This document shows positions 60,560 through 64,000 of a stretch of DNA of 64,000 bases, piece after piece. The stretch lies in assembly GCA_029953675.1 (NCBI GenBank), contig JAMWBK010000007.1, forward strand, positions 434,001 to 498,000. Reading direction: 5' to 3'. The notes beneath the pieces were generated by a model, which worked only from the letters and a program-made list of their open reading frames with translations, was not told the DNA's origin and searched no databases. The DNA is from Rhodosorus marinus CCMP1338. Lineage: Eukaryota > Plantae > Rhodophyta. How positions within the stretch are numbered: position 1 is the first letter of the stretch; each line of letters starts with the position of its first letter. A program made the translations under genes and the position numbers.

Positions 60560-61998
60560 CCTCTTCTCTTCATCACAAAAGTGACTTTCTCATAGAACCA
60601 TACAACCCACTCCGTCACCTGCAGCCCTCCCAACTCTTCCCAGCCCCTTTTGTCTTCCCCAACACCAATCCCCTCCTCAAAGGGGAAAGAACTCGAGCTT
60701 ACCCACTGTGTGGAGAACATTGGCCAGTAGCATTTGGCCTGGAAAGTACGACAGTATGTGTTGGATAGAACATTGGTCAGTGTCATTTTGGCCGCGAAAA
60801 TATTTGTGCTAGTCATCCTCGATCTTGCTTATGAGCGAGACTGTGGTAGAACATTGGACGACGATACCCTGGCCAAGTGATAAAAAGAAAGAAAAGAAAA
60901 AAGCGCAAAACAATTCCAGAGGTGTCATTTACCGACATAAAACGCTCTCAATTACGCTATTTAATACAAAACCGATTGAAGAGAAATTAGTAATTTATAT
61001 AATACACGTTGCTTATATCTGTCCAATAATGTCTCTTTTTGTAAATAATTTGATTGTATAGGACACGTGGAAACTGATAATATGATTATGTCGTAATCAC
61101 TATTTTGGTTCATTAATTATTCAATACTATTGTGTGGTATTCATTTTTTTTTAGATGCATATTTGTATTCTTTAGGATACAAATTAGATAGAAAACAGCT
61201 CATGCTTTTTTGCATAATTTCGTAATGTATGGCGAGCTCGACATCGCGAATCTTGAGCCCAGTGTTGGTATCGGGGAATTCTGGAATAGAATACAGGCGT
61301 TCCTGATTATAGCCCGCTGAAAACGAGATGTAAAAGAATCCTCATTGATCCATGTAGCGGAGCAGCAACTCTTAGAAATCAAAACTCCGCTGTACAAGCC
61401 TGAAGCCGCCACCTGCGTCCTATCAACTTTACAGGTAGACAAAGCACTTCCAACATGATAACATCTGTCACCAACAAGCGAAAAGTTTTCCCATTGTGTC
61501 TATCTTTCAAGAATATCGTTCCCTGTACTCCACTCCGCAAAGCAGTAAACGGAACAGGTCTACCCAGCGTCTTTTTACGCTTATGTGAATAAAACTTGAT
61601 GGGTTCTCCAGCTGGAGATCACATAAAGTGACAATTACAAAGTCTAAATGCCCTCACTAGATGAAACATAGTACATTGACCTCCTAGTTGCTCCCTGAGG
61701 AGCCGGCCAAGCATGGCTAACTCATCCAACATTCCCCGAGTGCAACGGCCATTCCCTCTCGGGATATTATCCAAATATATTATAGCACGTGTCCAATATT
61801 TATTTATTAACCAATTATAAAATGCCAATAGTCATTTAAATGAACCGATACTAGTGAAGAATTTTATGTATCGCCGTGCACGCTGCGGGTAATAAAGACT
61901 TATCAGGGTTTGGTCCTGGGATGTACTAGTGCTAGTTGGCGGAGGAGGGGAGGAGGGGGGGATTGGCTCTAGCGATGTGTATTCAGGAGAACTACGCC

Positions 61999-64000
61999 AT
62001 GGATGGTGATCAGGATGGAAGCAGTAAGGATTTGGACAAGCGAACGCTGTTGGTTAGCCGGCTGCCGAAGAGCGTAACCCATGAAGATCTGGAAAGGGCG
62101 TTCTCTGAGGTTGGGGCGGTGAGGCACTGTATTGTAGTCACTGAAAAAGGTAGTCAAGAATCTCGAGGGTTCGGGTTCGTATCGTTCTCTCTCCCAGAGG
62201 ATGCAGAGCTTGCGCTGAAGGAACTGCAGGGCAGCTCCATTAAGGGACAGGATATCCGGTTGTCTTACGCAAATCGTCGAGAGAGGAGTACGTGCTTGTC
62301 AAATTGAAGGAGTTCTCATCTTCTGCGGTTCTGATTTTCTTTTTCTGTGTGTGTTTTTTCGTGTTGAATGGTCTTTAGAATCCCGTGGTTCCGAAGACGC
62401 TAACCAAGAAGCGAAGAAACCACGCATCAAGGCGTACAGAGTAGACCAAGGTGATTTGCCGAAGGCTTCTCGGCAGACCACCCCCATCGTGGTGGTGGAG
62501 AACACCACCGTTGATGCTGTCAATTCTGTTCTACAAGGCTTGAAGAAAGTAGTGAAGGTTGAGGAGCAGGATGGAGCCGTTGTGGTCGTTTTCAACCGGT
62601 TTAAAACTGCTCGAGCGAAGATATCGAAACTTCACGGCGTGAAGTCTGACTGCGGGATATCGCACGCGTTCTTCCAGTCGGAAGCGAGGAGAAGGGAACG
62701 GCTCATCGTGAGAAATCTACCATTTTCTGCTGAGGAGAAGGAGTTGAAAGAGGTTTTCGGAAGGTACGGACCTCTGAGAGAAGTACATGTTCCAAAGAAA
62801 CCTGATGGAAAGGTAAAGGAAAAAGCACATCTGATGCCACCACACACAGATGGGGGGGGAAACTACAATGCTGACATCTGCTGTTGACGCACTTGCGCCC
62901 ATGCTACTCAGGCGAGAGGGTTTGCGTTTGTTGAATACTTTCACGGTGTGGATGCGATGTCTGCTGTTAAGACCGCTAACGGAGCCAAACTAGGAAGTAG
63001 AACGTTGGCGGTAGATATCGCTGTTGCGAAGAATAAGTACCAGGTCCTTCAGGACGAAGCTGTGCCCGTTGAGGACGAGCAGGACCAACCGGGTACTGCA
63101 GATATCAAACAAAACGAGCGGGAGGATGACGATGAGGACGCAGAGCCTGAATCCTCCGAGGAGGGTGACGCAGAAGGAGACGAGGAGGAATCAGAGAAGA
63201 ATAAGAGGCATACGGAGCCGCAGAGGTAAATAGGGATATTCAATTCCGGCATCGTCGACCGATGAGATTTGTTCGCTCAATAATCGGGTGCTGTCTACAG
63301 GGCTGAGAGCACAGATGAAGAAATACTACGAACAGTGTTCGTCAGGAATGTTCTACTGGAAACGACGGCGAATGAACTTCGTCTGGAGCTGACGACTTTT
63401 GGTGACGTGGAACACTGCGTGCTGGTGAAAGACAAAGCAACAGGAAGGTCCAGAGGTTCTGCGTTCGTACGCTTTAGGGACCAGAGCTCCGTACCAAAAA
63501 TTCTGAAGGAGTCCGGCTACGATACAGCTGCAGGTATGCCGACGGCGAAGCAGGGACGGAAATTCTGGCTACTGCAGAAAGCTCAAAGTGGTAGTGGGTC
63601 GTCAACGGCTTTTGGTAATGACTGCATAGGTCGACAGGTACTAGAGGAAAGCGATGTTGGAATAACGGTCGGAGGGCGAAGACTGTTGGTGGTCCCTGCG
63701 GTCAGCAAGACAACGGCAAAAGATTTTGTCCCTGAGTCTGCCAATTTGGGTGGCACAATGAAGAAGCGCGAGGTCAGCAAAGAGGATAAAAGGAATTTAT
63801 GGCTGGCTCATGAGGGTCGAATTGCCGAGGGCGATCCTGCGGCCAGAGGTTGGTTGAGTCTAACAATGTTGGAGACGAGAAGGATTCGCTAACCGTTCTC
63901 CATCCGTTGAAAATCTGAATTCCTAGGACTTTCTCCGATGGATCTGGAAAAGCGAAGAAAAGCCGAGAAGGAAAAGATCAAGAAGCTCACGAGCAATCCG
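61999..64000 (+). CDS. RBM28: RBM28/Nop4 multi-RRM nucleolar protein, 3' end beyond window
   Basis: RRM1 (SRGFGFVSF), RRM2 (LIVRNLPF...RGFAFVEY), acidic linker, RRM3 (TVFVRNV...RSRGSAFVRF), DKRNLWLAHEGRI. Confidence 0.9.

Noticed and set aside
1-64000. tRNA/rRNA genes or a prokaryotic operon interpretation
   Set aside because: I saw no cloverleaf or rRNA signatures by eye (not a formal scan). Spliceosomal introns and eukaryote-specific genes exclude a bacterial origin.

Overview
Compact, intron-rich eukaryotic nuclear DNA. Short GT-AG introns (mostly about 60-140 nt) split nearly every gene, and AT-rich islands followed by G/T-rich leaders precede many genes. Several genes are cyanobacterial/plastid-type with short 'M..F(V/L)'-like N-termini, so the source is inferred to be an alga with a primary plastid, probably a red alga. 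Recognisable genes: TrmN6/YfiC-like methyltransferase (partial), Gfo/Idh/MocA oxidoreductase, USP7-like protease, PAP-fibrillin, DUF3598 protein, RPL29, zinc-ribbon+RRM protein, RsmE, fringe-like glycosyltransferase, Nup93, SIZ/PIAS-like SUMO ligase, CtpA, NSRP1/CCDC55, a SAM methyltransferase, a disordered NPF-ending protein, a Med30-like protein, a UBE2O-like E2 and RBM28/Nop4 (partial). A frameshifted Ty3/gypsy element spans about 12.6-16.6 kb. The most unusual structure is at its gag end (16.4-17.9 kb): a roughly 1.5-kb mosaic of apparently identical direct and inverted gag fragments plus a Ty1/copia integrase fragment, with many joints at one small hairpin (GCGAAA-CAG-TTTCGC). This could be a recent fold-back rearrangement or an amplification/assembly chimera, and reads are needed to decide. 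Gene models were spliced by eye and no database searches were run.
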